From: Macrostomum hystrix
Taxonomy: Eukaryota > Animalia > Platyhelminthes
Length of the DNA: 64,000 nucleotides
Direction of reading: 5' to 3'
Assembly (NCBI GenBank): GCA_950097015.1
Contig: CATNEN010000039.1
Location: forward strand, 5,704,001-5,768,000
Positions within the stretch are counted from its first letter, which is position 1. The number at the start of each line of letters is the position of its first letter. The position numbers were made by a program, and so were the translations under genes. Below the pieces are notes generated by a model that was not told the DNA's origin, did not search any database, and was given only the letters and a program-made list of their open reading frames with translations. Of the stretch, positions 11,184 to 24,432 are shown piece after piece.

Positions 11184-12433
11184 CATTTTCCCGCACCTCT
11201 TGTCCACCAATCGCTCTCGAGTCTGTTCCCTGCTTCTATGAGCTATTCAGACAATTGCTCCCGCCTCTGAATGTTTGCTTTTACAATGACAACTAGTTAA
11301 ACTGGGTCTTCAATATTTTGATACTATGGGCTCGTGTGTTTATTATCTACTTTAAGTAGCCTTGTTGAGGCACTTCTCTCAATCGACTCATAAGAATAGT
11401 AATTGAAACTTTATGGTCCGGTATTAACTACTTAAAATAGACTACATCGTTTTTATTAATTGTTAGGCCACACGCCTAGCACAAGAATTGGATTATAACT
11501 AAGTAAATAAATACGTGCTTTGTATACTTTATTAGCATTGTTATAATCATACTAAATGCTCTCTGCCTAAAAATATTCTCTTGAATATAATCTCTTTTTT
11601 TAAGATAGAGAGTCGTGACGGACTTGAATTCGGTTGAATTATGGAGTGACAAAGTAGTTCAGTAAGTCTGTAAAGGCAGTTCAAATTTGATTGGTAAAAT
11701 GCACAGATGATTTGGGACGAAGCATTCGCGCTACCTCTTGGATGCTTGCCATTTGTGTATATTTCTCTCGTCTGCTTAAGCTTTGGCACTTTCCAGAGTT
11801 ATCAAATGGTAAGGAAGCAGCGGTAGGTGGGTGAGCAGAAATTAGCAGATTAATTAATTACTTTGGGCTCTTGCAGTGAATGTGGAAATACAAAATAAGT
11901 ATGGATGCTGGATGATCTCGCAACATGAAAAAATGAAATAACGCTAATGGCATGTCGACAAGTAAAAGCCATTGAAGGTACATGCATCGAGTTGGGTGCA
12001 CTTTTAGTAGGGCCTATTTTTAGAGCGTATTTTTGGATTTTAGATTTTGGTGTTTCAAAAAGTTGCATGTACGATGAGCAGATTAAATCACAGTGTAATA
12101 GAACTGGTATGGGAATAGAGAAACTAGCGGCACACATGGCTAGGACATTCGTTTCAGTGCGTTGCTGCATTAAAAAAACAAAAATTGTCAGCACAACAAC
12201 TAAGAAAAAATGATTGCAAATAAATTAGCTGATGCAGCAGGTGAGTTAAGGCAAGATAGTAAAGTCAGTTAAAATAAATCGTTATGGTATGTAATATGGA
12301 AATTAAAACTTTTTAAGTGTTTGTGATTTGTACGCATGCACTTTTAGGGGATGGGGACATGTCGTCCTGACGAACTTTCTGTCTACGTGAATACTTTTCA
12401 TGGCGATACTTTTGGCGGCGAGGCACCACATGT

Positions 12434-15217
12434 TTAGCGACCGCACTCCGGGCACAGGATCTCGTCGCCGTCAGTGAGGAAGCCCTTGCCAACCAGGTTG
12501 ACGTCGCATTTGTAGCAGACGAAGCACTCGGAGTGCCAGTGCCGCTCCTCAAATGAAATAAACTTGCAGCCGCCGAAGCCTTTCGGTTAAAGGAGACAGG
12601 CAATAAATTTTGCATTTGTAAGTCTTCTCAAAACGGGTCTCTGAAACTTAATTTCTTTAATAATAAATTAAATAGAAGATAATGCGAAACAAATGTTCAA
12701 TTATTGACAACTCACGTAGCCGTATCACAATTTTAAAGTACTGCAGCAAAGTCTGAGTCTAAGTCTAAGTTACCAAGAGTGCTGAGACTGCATCAGAGGT
12801 TAGGCCAGTTTGACTTGTGCAGGAGAGCAGTGGAAAGATACATGTAGTTTGGTGTCCCTACGCCCACAGATGGCTTGAACCCGCAGTCCTCAATAATCGT
12901 ATAGTATTTAATGTACATGAATTCGGAAAACACAACCCTATCCGAGCTACTCACCTGTAATTGGCTGCGTGCAGCGACAGCATTTCTTGGCAAATAGCTG
13001 GCCGTAGCACTCAGCGCAGTACGGCTTCTCGTCCTTGCTGGTGAACTTGACCCCGGCTAGCTGGGTGGTACAGTTGGCACACACCAGACACTCCTTGTGG
13101 TACGGATCGCCTTTGTATGTAACACCGCCGCGTTTGATCACCTGGACGCACTTTGAGCAGCGTTGGGCAAATTTCTCCTCGTAGCAGGGGACGCAGCAGA
13201 CGTCCTGATCGCGTGGAATAAACGACTTGGTGCCTATGGGTCGGCGGCACTCCAGGCAGAGGAAGCACTCTTCGTGCCACTGCTTGCCGCGGTACTCGTA
13301 CTTGCGCATGCCGGCGCGGAACACCTGAGACGAGAGTCAATGCGTCGTCTGCTTAGAGTGCTTTTCGGAAGACTGAAGAAGGATCGCACTAACTAAGCTT
13401 TTAGTTCCTATTCAGTTTTTCTCGAATATGTCACTGCTTCCAGTCTTAGATTAGACTTCAGCGAGCAGCTTGCTAATTTCACGTCCTTTCGAGCTACCAC
13501 TCAAGGTGTTGGGCGTTGGGCAACAAGTTACAATTCCAAAAAGCCGCATCAGTTCACAGAGGCTGCTGCTGATGCTAACGGATGCATTACCCAAATATAT
13601 GCTATACATATTAGCAACAGAAGCTCTGCTCACAGGGTCTTTCCATATTGAATGTATAAAGTCATGGAAACACATTTTCTCACCTTGCTGCAACCGTCGC
13701 ATCTGGCGGCAAATTTTTCATCATGACAGTCCGAGCAGAACAGAGCCTCCTCCTTAGTTGCAAATGGTTTGTCAACCAGGCTGGTGCTGCACGAGCTGCA
13801 TTTAAAGCAGCGCTCGTGCCAATGCCGGTCTTTGTATGATAAATCCTATAAAGTCCAGGTGGATTTCAAAGGTGTTAAATGGGGAGCTACCAAAGAAGCC
13901 ACAGCTCATCTTCCCATCATCCAGAAACACTCACCTTGGAGTCGCAGCCGATCTTGTCCTTGCACTGCTCACAGGTGTTGGCAAAGATATCTTCATAGCA
14001 CAGGATGCAGAACGGCTTCTCTTCTCGCAAAATGTATCGATGTCCCGTCAGCGATTTGTCGCAGTTTGAGCAGGCAAAGTGGCCAGTGTGATGATCGCCC
14101 TCCATGGAGCGGGTCAGCTCAACTGAGAAGATCAGCTGAGAAGATGAGGATATGGGAATACATATAGCTTTCTAGTCAACAAAGGGCTAGCAAACAACAG
14201 TAATTTGAGTGAGGATTTGTGTCTTACCTCGTCGCAGGCTGGGCAGCGGGATCGCAGGCTCTGGTTGAAGTCGCGTACGCACATAATTTCATTCTTGTCT
14301 GCGTTCCAACAGTAGAAGAAGTCCACCAGATGGTCCTTGCACTCAGCGCACTGGAAGCAGGACGGATGCCAGACGAAGCCGTCGGCGTGGGAGGCTTTGA
14401 GCACGAATCGGTCGCTGTCGCCTTGGACATTCTTGCCCGGCTTGACGATTCTCTCGCCGCATCCGTGACAGCTTTTCTTGGCGTCCTCATTGCTCACCTG
14501 ATGCACCTCGGCCAAGCCGAGGGCCTTGCGATTGCGCCGATCTTTTAGGCGTTCGAACTGGTTCTTCTGCGAGTTCTCCAGAGATCTGCAGGCGGTTTGC
14601 AGCACGTCTTGCGGAGGTACCTGCGAAAGAGGTTACAGAAGCCTCTTAGCGGGAGCTTCCTGTCGATATTTTCTTCTAGCTACTAATAGTACCATGCTAG
14701 GTAGTTCAAAGCATGCCCAAACCATGCCCCGAGTTTTTCTACCGATATTTTTTAGTAGAGCAAATTAAAAAAACCTGCAGAATTCCTGATTCTTAAAGAA
14801 ATAAGTGTTTCAGAAATAAGCAAATTGTGAAATCGCACCATGATGTGACATTATTACCTGCTTGTGAACTCGCCGCAGCCGTTCTAGACAGGCGCTGCGA
14901 TCTCGAATTCGCGGCAGCAGAGACGGGTCAACGTACTTGGCGAATTCTACGATCTGCGTCTTCTCGAGTCCTAGCGGCGAGCAGACGTAGCCGACAGATT
15001 CCGCAATTTTCAACTGCTCTTCGACCACGTTCATGAACGGGCTGGTGTCGTTGTAGCCCAAACGCTTGAGTAGGTTGGCTGTCTCAGTGGCGTAAATGAG
15101 ATGGCTGTTTTTTGAGCACTGGCATTCGACGCACAGAGCACGCCAGGTGTGCGGCCGGTAGCCGCGGCAGCCTTTGCCGCAGGAATCGCACGAGCTGCCG
15201 AGAGTTTCCGTTTCCAT
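12434..15217 (-). CDS. PET + six LIM domain protein (LIMPETin / Limpet / FHL-like); exons 15217-14858, 14620-14228, 14135-13935, 13845-13684, 13324-12955, 12579-12434
   Basis: Testin-like Cys-rich N-terminus (CDSCGKGCRGYRPHTWRALCVECQCSKNSH), PET-type Q|VPPQD, six LIM domains, the last four strongly FHL-like (DLSYKDRHWHERCF, AGMRKYEYRGKQWHEECF, KFISFEERHWHSECF); all junctions phase-consistent. Confidence 0.92.
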
Positions 15218-15636
15218 AGCCGATTCAGATGCAGATTTTTGTTTTAATTATTTTAATCACAATCTTACAGAAGATAATTTCAATCAATAGATTTCTAGTC
15301 GGCAAAATCAATTTATATTTCTAATTCCAAAATACCTGCGGCTTTTACTTCTGCTTTGGCAAGCGATTCTGCTTTCTTGGTATTAGGGGTGGGTTGGGTT
15401 TCAATCGCATAGCCTATTAGTACAGGTTGCGCTTAGACTCAGATGAGGTCCCCATTGAGCTAGAGTCTTAGAGATCGGCCATAGAATAATTGTTTGTGAA
15501 AAATAAATGTCCATTTCTTGTCCTTTAGTTTAGCTCTAGCATGCATTCGTAAGTTTTAATATTCAACTTGAAAGACTTGACTTGCACAGCAGCCAAAAAC
15601 GAATTGCTTCATTTTAGTTTACATCACTTAATAAAA

Positions 15637-16438
15637 CTGTGTTGGGCGCGTTACCAAAAAAGTAACGGCGATGGAAGTAACGATCGTTTGGTGACGACCA
15701 TGACCATTTGGTGACGAAAATATCGTGTAACGAAAAAACAAAAACAAGATAGTAACTGTCGCTACTTTGTTGTAATCGTTACTTTCAGTTTTTTTAATTG
15801 ACCAAAAATCTGAAATTTTTTACGTAAGCATGTTATAAATACGTGTAGCCTTGTTTATCGACCATTACTCATATCATATGTACTATTTTCCAACATCGTC
15901 CACTTTTTTTAGACTCCGCTATCATTTCACTCTCACTAGATTGATAGTCTAGTCTAGTGATAATCAAGATTGATTATCAATCTTGAACTAGATTGATAAT
16001 ATTGATGATTGATGATAATATAATATTGTCGTGAGTAAACAGTCCATGGATTGACCAATAAAGATTTCGCAAATTTGCAGTTCGCAACAAAAACAGAAAA
16101 CTTCAAATCAAAATGAATGCAAAATATTATCAATGAAAAACAAATAAATCGAAAGATACAGTTGCTAATTATATAAGTTTGACTATCTTTTGTACTAGTA
16201 ATTCGAAAATACGTAATATACGTTTTTTATTGCAGCAAAATAGATAATTTACAGTGCTGCTAATGTCTTATCAGTTTGTTTCGGAAACTATTGACGAAAA
16301 CAGATAACGTGAAATTATTTAACGACTCGTTACCATCATTTTCGTTACCAGGCCGTGGTAACGTTAAAAGTAACGTTGCAAAAAAGTAACGATCGTTACC
16401 CAATTGGTAACTAGTAACGAGTAACGCGCCCAACACTG
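15637..16438. mobile_element. Non-autonomous hAT-like DNA transposon (MITE)
   Basis: TIRs C(T/A)GTGTTGGGCGCGTTAC, subterminal GTAACG repeats, 8-bp near-TSD TAATAAAA/TAATTAAA. Confidence 0.85.
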
Positions 16439-17392
16439 TAATTAAAATTATATTAACTTGTTTTATATGGCCAGAAAGTATGGCCATGTAAATTCCTGGA
16501 CTTGTTAAAATTGGTCTTTACCGTAAGGTATTGCTAGTGCTCAATAATGTTCACGAATATACGTTCCGGCGCAGTGCGCATGCGAATAAAGCCGATTTGC
16601 GCTGCAAAAGCCGCATCTTGGAAGAGCGTGCCAAATTATTTTATACTTCATGGCTTTGTACAATATTTGATATACTGCTGCGCTTAGAATTCAGTAATAA
16701 ACTAAATGCAGCGTGATTCGGAATTCAAAGTTCCAGCTGGCTAGAGAGCCATGTTTTTATGATGCTAAAATCTGAATTTGTGCTTACTAATAGGCAATAG
16801 CTTTGCCTAAGGTATCCTTATCTGAAGCCTATTTTTATTGATTACATTATTTATAGATTAGATGAATTTCGAGGCGACTTCGAAACTGTATACGTTCGTA
16901 CAGTGTTGATTATATTATAGTATAGGTGGATAGATATTATATTTCATTAGAAGCTTAAGGATTCCAAAATTGGGCATTAATCCTGACAGTGTACACTTTG
17001 CCTACTAGGAATGTACTTTGGCCCGATGGTTGTTTTCTCAACGCGTGGGGAAGACATTCTTGGTTAGGCTTACTGGCGCTGGGAGAGGGGCTGAAATTAG
17101 AGTCAGGATGTACATCGGTGTACACTTGCCCTCGCTGGTTCTCTCTCTTCTCCACTCCCCTATTTGTACAACCCCAATCGAAGAGGGCAGGGAAAGAGAA
17201 AACAGAGCAGGCGAAGGGACGGTGACAGAAAACTCGAGATACCCATAGCAAGCATTTTTGCACATGACATGTTGAACAGGACCTATATTATATTAGTCCT
17301 GTTTACTTATCCTATATAGGGCTTTGCATTTCACCACTAGAAGCTGATTTCGAAGTTCATCACAACTAGACCAGATCAGCTGGACAGTCATC

Positions 17393-20300
17393 ATGGTTGG
17401 CGCAGATATATTTGAAAAGTTTCAAAAGTTCCAAAAAGTCACCTATACGGGAGTGGAAGATTTCTCCGATAGGATGAACTTTCAGGCCACAGTTGTACTC
17501 CTGCTGGCGTGCTGCACCACAGTCACGCTGAAGACCTACGTCTTGTCGCCCGTGGCCTGCTACATACCAAACGAAGTTGGGGCGCACAGCGGGCAGGAAC
17601 AATACGTTAATAACTATTGCTGGACAGAAGGTGAGATGCCAAATTGGATTTCCGATATTTCAATCTATTAAAAAAGTGAAAGAGACTAAACTATAGAGAT
17701 AAGGGGTGAGTTAACGCGTTCGAGCTCGATTTCGCGATGAGGCCACATTCATTTGAGGCGCAGCCGCGTAGAGAAGACTTAGGGGCTTGTCGTGCAATTT
17801 AGGCCCTTGATGGCCAACGTCCATTGCACATGTCGTGTGCCTTGGATGCACACATCCCCTGTGTAAGTGTGTGTGTGCTCAGGAGTCAGCGGAGTGAGCA
17901 GAATTGCCTCCTCGCTGTCCATTGTCACCAAATGATATGGGTCCATATTATTATTACTATAGAGAGGTGGGGCATCGCCTAGGGAAGACTAGGCATTGGA
18001 AAAGGTCAGGGCCGCTTCTGGCCCTTTGGCCGGAGGTAGCCAACCCCAGCCCTACATTAAACATCGAACAACTTCACAGGCACATTCGCCGTGCCCCTGT
18101 CGGAGTTCCACATCGACAACACCCTGCCGGACCCCATCGCCAAGTATGAGGACAAGCGCATCATCTATTACCAATGGGTGCCGTTCGTGCTCGGACTGCA
18201 GTCGCTTCTGTTCTACCTGCCCAAGGTGCTGTGGGGCATGATGAGCTATAATAGGGCCGGAACGGATGTTGGACACATCATCCGCGCCGCCAACGACGCT
18301 GTGACGGCGGACTCGGAGAAGCACGCCAAGCTGCTGCAGCACGTCTGTCGGAGGCTGGAGCAGATGCTGTTCCAGAATGAGAAGATGGAAAAACAGGAGG
18401 ATTCCGGGGTGAGTGAAGTGCAGTCCTGGGTCAGTGTAGGACCAACTGTAATTGCCTTAACTGTATTATTTAATGCTTGGTCTCGTCTCTTACCCCCAAT
18501 TACCCACAAAGTTCTCAGCTAGGTCATTACCCACACAGTTCCAGTTGGGTCATTACCCCAACAGTTCTCACTTGGGTCATTACCCCCCCCCACAGTTCTC
18601 ACTTGGGTCATTACCCACACAGTTCTCAGTTGGGGCATTACCCACACAGTTCTCAGTTGGGTCATTACCCCCCACAGTTCTCACTTGGGTCATTACCCCC
18701 CACAGTTCTCACTTGGGTCATTACCCACACAGTTCTCAGTTGGGGCATTACCCACACAGTTCTCAGTTGGGGCATTACCCACACAGTTCTCAGTTGGGTC
18801 ATTACCCCCCACAGTTCTCACTTGGGTCATTACCCCCCACAGTTCTCACTTGGGTCATTACCCCCCACAGTTCTCACTTGGGTCATTACCCACACAGTTC
18901 TCAGTTGGGGCATTACCCACACAGTTCTCAGTTGGGTCATTACCCCCCACAGTTCTCACTTGGGTCATTACCCCCCACAGTTCTCACTTGGGTCATTACC
19001 CCCCCACAGTTCTCACTTGGGTCATTACCCCCACAGTTCTCACTTGGGTCATTACCCCCACAGTTCTCACTTGGGTCATTACCCCCCACAGTTCTCACTT
19101 GGGTCATTACCCCCACAGTTCTCACTTGGGTCATTACCCCACACAGTTCTCACTTGGGTCATTACCCCCCCCCCACAGTTCTCACTTGGGTCATTACCCC
19201 CGACAGTTCTCAGTTGGTTCATTACCCCCCACAGTTCTCACTTAGGTCATTACCCCACACAGTTCTCACTTGGGTCATTACCCCCCCCACAGTTCTCAGT
19301 CGGGCCACTACTCCCCACTTATCTCAGTCACGTCACTCTATGTTTTGGTGATAGTACTTTAATGACTTGAGGTACTTGGTAATTCGGTAATGACTTGTGC
19401 GCCCTTGTTCGGTTATCTAATAGTTATCGTGGTAAACAGCTCTCCCAGTCTCTTCGACTATAAATCGATGAACTCAGAACTCAGTGGCAGAGCGGTATAA
19501 CGCATTAGACTCTCGCACCAAGGTCTCTGAACTCGATTCCCCAACGGGACCTCATAAATTTGGGGCGCAGCCGCGGAGAGAGGCTTGAAGGCTTGTCGGG
19601 CAATTCATGCAATGAGGGCCAACCTCCATGGCAGAGTGAAAGTCTACACTGCCTGACGATGAGAAACAAACCGCCCACTGACATCCTGCAATTGCCGAAG
19701 CCCCTTCAACAAACCGCCCACTGACATCCTGCAATTGCCGAAGCCCCTTCAACAAACCGCCCACTGACATCCTGCAATTGCCGAAGCCCCTTCAACAAAC
19801 CGCCCACTGACATCCTGCAATTGCCGAAGCCCCTTCAACAAACCGCCCACTGACATCCTGCAATTGCCGAAGCCCCTTCAACAAACCGCCCACTGACATC
19901 CTGCAACTGCCGAAGCCCCTTCAACAAACCGCCCACTGACATCCTGAAATTCCCGAAGCCCCTTCAAAAATCGCCCACTGACATCCTGCAATTGCCGAAG
20001 CCCCTTCAACAAACCGCCCACTGACATCCTGCAATTCCCGAAGCCCCTTCAAAAATCGCCCACTGACATCCTGCAATTGCCGAAGCCCCTTCAACAAACC
20101 GCCCACTGACATCCTGAAATTCCCGAAGCCCCTTCAAAAATCGCCCACTGACATCCTGCAATTGCCGAAGCCCCTTCAACAAACCGCCCACTGACATCCT
20201 GCAATTGCCGAAGCCCCTTCAACAAACCGCCCACTGACATCCTGCAATTGCCGAAGCCCCTTCAACAAACCGCCCACTGACATCCTGCAACTGCCGAAGC

Positions 20301-21722
20301 CCCTTCAACAAACCGCCCACTGACATCCTGCAATTGCCGAAGCCCCTTCAACAAACCGCCCACTGACATCCTGCAATTGCCGAAGCCCCTTCAACAAACC
20401 GCCCACTGACATCCTGCAATTGCCGAAGCCCCTTCAACAAACCGCCCACTGACATCCTGCAATTGCCGAAGCCCCTTCAACAAACCGCCCACTGACATCC
20501 TGAAATTCCCGAAGCCCCTTCAACAAACCGCCCACTGACATCCTGCAATTGCCGAAGCCCCTTCAACAAACCGCCCACTGACATCCTGCAATTGCCGAAG
20601 CCCCTTCAACAAACCGCCCACTGACATCCTGAAATTCCCGAAGCCCCTTCAACAAACCGCCCACTGACATCCTGAAATTCCCGAAGCCCCTTCAACAAAC
20701 CGCCCACTGACTCCTGCAATTACCGAAGCCCCTTCAACAAACCGCCCACTGACTCCTGCAATTACCGAAGCCCCTTCAACAACCCACCTGTGCAGTTGTC
20801 GAAGCCGTCCCTTCTGCAACGGCTGCATCGTCGGATTCAGCGCCACCTACTGCTGCCGTCTCGTCGCCTGGGCAATTGGCTGATCTTCACCTACCTCGTC
20901 ATCAAGCTGTGCTACACGGCCAACGCGATTGGCCAGCTGTACCTGATGCATGCCTTCTTAGGGTTCAATGCCACCTACTTCGCATTCGGCGCTGCCGTGC
21001 TGCAGAATCTTCGTCGAGGTCGCGACTGGACGCAGACTATGGTGTTCCCGCGCGTTGGCGCCTGCGCAGTCTACTACCGTACCTCATCTAAGGGCAACTT
21101 CATCTTCTCGCAGTGCACCCTGCCCATCAACATGATCAACGAGAAGATCTACGTGTTCCTGTGGTTCTGGATAATGGGCGTAGCGATCGTCACAGTGCTG
21201 AGCATTCCCATGTGGCTCACCCGCATCGTGTGGGTCAGGCGCCGGGCTAGCTTTGTGAAATGCTACCTGCAGATGTCCGACACCACAGTCGACAAGCGCG
21301 ACCTGCACCGCTTCATTCGCGACCACCTGCGCCTTGACGGTACCTTTCTGCTGAAGATGATTGCCCTGAACTCCGGCGATGTCATCTGCTCCGAGGTGGT
21401 GCAGAAGCTCTGGTTCGTCTACCTCCAAAAGCGCTACGGAGAGCAGCTGAACTCCGAGGGCGCCTTCTGCATGCCACCGCCGCTAAATCCCGAGGAGCCC
21501 GTCGAGGAAGCTGAGCGCCAGTTGATTCCTCAGCAGCAGCAGCAGCAGCAGCCGCCATTGGCCGAATTCGAGAAGTCGCCAGTGCTGTTTCAGCGGTTCG
21601 TTTCACAGCCGGGAGGCTTGGGCGGCGGCGCGGAGATGCGCCAGAGGCCGAACACCGTCACAGTCGAGGCTGCCATCAGTGGCGGCAGAAAGATGTCGGC
21701 CACTTATGAGGCGCCAGTTTAG
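17393..21722 (+). CDS. Innexin (gap-junction protein) A; exons 17393-17630, 18080-18408, 20796-21722
   Basis: EDFSDRMNF, PVACYIP, YVNNYCWTEG, YYQWVPFVL, FPRVGAC, QCTLPINMINEKIYVFLWFW, DGTFLLKMIALNSG. Confidence 0.96.
17705..17960 (+). mobile_element. SINE family B copy in innexin A intron 1
   Basis: GAGCTCGATT...GGCGCAGCCGCG.AGAGAAG...TGTGCTCAGGAGTCAG...TGTCACCAAATGAT and (TTA)n tail, shared with copies at 19480, 38160, 42020 and 63322. Confidence 0.75.
18500..19300. repeat. ~28-bp minisatellite (CACAGTTCTCACTTGGGTCATTACCCC, variable C-run)
   Basis: About 28 tandem copies in innexin A intron 2. Confidence 0.97.
19480..19666 (+). mobile_element. SINE family B 5' portion, fused directly to the 43-bp array
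   Basis: tRNA-like head GTGGCAGAGCGG...CTCGCACCAAGGTC...CTCGATTCC; body ends at CCTGACGATGAGAAA. Confidence 0.75.
19666..20790. repeat. 43-bp minisatellite (AAACCGCCCACTGACATCCTGCAATTGCCGAAGCCCCTTCAAC)
   Basis: About 26 copies ending at the innexin A exon 3 acceptor. Confidence 0.97.
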
Positions 21723-21727
21723 ACTTC

Positions 21728-21848
21728 CTGTTCATTCATGAGCTCATTCGTGTTCATTCATGAGCTCATTCATCTTCATTCATGAGCTCATTCGTGTTCA
21801 TTCATGAGCTCATTCGTGTTCAATTATGAGCTCATTCATGTTCATTCA
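21728..21848. repeat. 22-bp tandem repeat with ATGAGCTCAT palindrome, right after the innexin A stop
   Basis: GTTCATTCATGAGCTCATTCGT, about 5 copies. Confidence 0.9.
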
Positions 21849-21984
21849 ACTCCAGTACGTTTTCGTCTGTAATGGCTTTTAAACTGGACTAGCGTAGAAC
21901 CATCTTGCTGCATTTTCCTCAATTCCATCTAATCAGTGTTTATGGCGATTACCTGCGATTTTCTAAGAAATAGTGACAATCATA

Positions 21985-22702
21985 TCCATCCAGTCCTTCA
22001 GGCTGTCCTCTGTTATCCACCCAGTCCTTCAAGCTGTCCTCTGTTGTCCACCGAGTCCTTCAGGCTGTCCTCTGTTATCCACCCAGTCCTTCAGGCTGTC
22101 CTCTGTTATCCACCCAGTCCTTCAGGCTGTCCTCTGTTATCCACCCAGTCCTTCAGGCTGTCCTCTGTTATCAACTCAGTCCTTCAGGCTGTCCTCTGTT
22201 GTCCACCGAGTCCTTCAGGCTGTCCTCTGTTATCCACCCAGTCCTTCAGGCTGTCCTCTGTTATCCACCCAGTCCTTCAGGCTGTCCTCTGTTATCCACC
22301 CAGTCCTTCAGGCTGTCCTCTGTTACGGCTCGTATCAACTCAGTCCTTCAGGCTGTCCTCTGTTATCCACCCAGTCCTTCAGGCTGTCCTCTGTTATCCA
22401 CCCAGTCCTTCAGGCTGTCCTCTGTTATCCAGCCAGTCCTTCAGGCTGTCCTCTGTTATCCACCCAGTCCTTCAGGCTGTCCTCTGTTATCCACCCAGTC
22501 CTTCAGGCTGTCCTCTGTTACGGCTCGTATCAACTCAGTCCTTCAGGCTGTCCTCTGTTATCCACCCAGTCCTTCAGGCTGTCCTCTGTTATCCACCCAG
22601 TCCTTCAGGCTGTCCTCTGTTATCCAGCCAGTCCTTCAGGCTGTCCTCTGTTATCCACCCAGTCCTTCAGGCTGTCCTCTGTTATCCACCCAGTCCTTCA
22701 GG
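21985..22702. repeat. 31-bp minisatellite (CAGTCCTTCAGGCTGTCCTCTGTTATCCACC)
   Basis: About 22 copies; same family as 27773-28250. Confidence 0.97.
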
Positions 22703-23269
22703 GCTTGAATCGACCCCATTATTCTAGCTTCTTCCGTACTTTATCAATTTCGAATTTTTCTAAACCCATTCATTTGCAACAAGTCGAGTCAATTGTCTGC
22801 TTTCGATTTTATCATACACATAAATTTTAATTTGTATTTTTAGCTTTGTAATTTATAAAAAATTAACTTGTTTTGGCTCTCAGAGCAATCAGTTCTAAAT
22901 TGAATTTTTATTTAATAACTTTGAGCCCTTCAAAGTGAAACGGACTAGCTAAATAATGTGCAACAGTAATTTCGTGCCATGTAATATTTAGTATCTTCAC
23001 TTACTATAATATTTTATATTTCCCATTTGTATTGCGTTCAGCAGTTCTTGTACATACTTAAAATTTGTAAATAGCGATCAGAAATACAGACCCACCTGAC
23101 AATTTTCTTCAAAGACCTACCTCATTTTCGTTTAGCTAATGTCAAATACAAGTCATTTTTTACAAAAAACAGCATCGCTGTGACAACTCGAATTTAGATT
23201 GTAATTTCGAAATGGTCAAATTTTCTTTATTTTATTGCTTTGATAATATCGTTGATAAGTACTGTTTAG

Positions 23270-24432
23270 TCAGTTTCTTGATTCGCTAAGATCCAGATTG
23301 GTCAGTTCCTTGACTTTCTGAGATCCTGATTGGTCAGTTCCTTGACTTTCTGAGATCCTGATTGGTCAGTTTCTTAATTCGCTAAGATCCAGATTGGTCA
23401 GTTCCTTGACTTTCTGAGATCCTGATTGGTCAGTTCCTTGACTTTCTGATATCCTGATTGGTCAGTTCCTTGACTTTCTGATATCCTGATTGGTCAGTTT
23501 CTTAATTCGCTAAGATCCAGATTGGTCAGTTCCCTGATTTTCTGAGATCCAGATTGGTCAGTTCCTTGATTTTCTGAGATCCTGATTGGTCAGTTCCCTG
23601 ATTTTCTGAGATCCAGATTGGTCAGTTCCCTGATTTTCTGAGATCCAGATTGGTCAGTTCCTTGATTTTCTGAGATCCAGATTGGTCAGTTCCTTGATTT
23701 TCTGAGATCTTGATTGGTCAGTTCCTTGATTTTCTGAGATCCTGATTGGTCAGTATCTTGATTCGCTGAGATCCTGATTGGTCAGTTCCCTGATTTTCTG
23801 AGATCTTGATTGGTCAGTTCCTTGATTTTCTGAGATCCTGATTGATCAGTATCTTGATTCGCTGAGATCCTGATTGGTCAGTTCCCTGATTTTCTGAGAT
23901 CTTGATTGGTCAGTTCCTTGATTTTCTGAGATCCTGATTGATCAGTATCTTGATTCGCTGAGATCCTGATTGGTCAGTTTCCTGATTTTCTGAGATCCTG
24001 ATTGGTCAGTTTCCTGATTTTCTGAGATCTTGATTGGTCAGTTCCTTGATTTTCTGAGATCCTAATTGATCAGTATCTTGATTCGCTGAGATCCTGATTG
24101 GTCAGTTCCTTGATTTTCTGAGATCCTAATTGATCAGTATCTTGATTAGCTGAGATCCTGATTGGTCAGTTCCCTGATTTTCTGAGATCCTGATTGGTCA
24201 GTTTCTTGATTTTCTGAGATCTTGATTGGTCAGTTCCTTGATTTTCTGAGATCCTGATTGGTCAGTTCCCTGATTTTCTGAGATCCTGATTGGTCAGTTT
24301 CCTGATTTTCTGAGATCCTTATTGGTCAGTTTCTTGGTTTTCTGAGATCCTGATTGGTCAGTTTCTTGGTTTTCTGAGATCCTTATTGGTCAGTTTCTTG
24401 GTTTTCTGAGATCCTGATTGGTGAGTTTCTTG
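23270..24432. repeat. 32-bp minisatellite containing a CCAAT box (ATCCTGATTGGTCAGTTCCTTGATTTTCTGAG)
   Basis: About 35 copies; diverged copies recur at 26940-27110. Confidence 0.97.

Noticed and set aside
18473-19370. His/Pro-rich ~295-aa ORFs extending innexin A exon 2
   Set aside because: Minisatellite translation; the canonical donor at 18409 joins exon 3 in frame.
19652-19666. CTGACGA-TGA-GAAA in SINE B resembling a hammerhead ribozyme core (also at ~38322-38336 on -)
   Set aside because: No room for stem II and no correctly placed UH cleavage site. In the 42060 copy it reads CTGACAATGAGAAAGTCAG, a simple hairpin that breaks the CUGANGA core.
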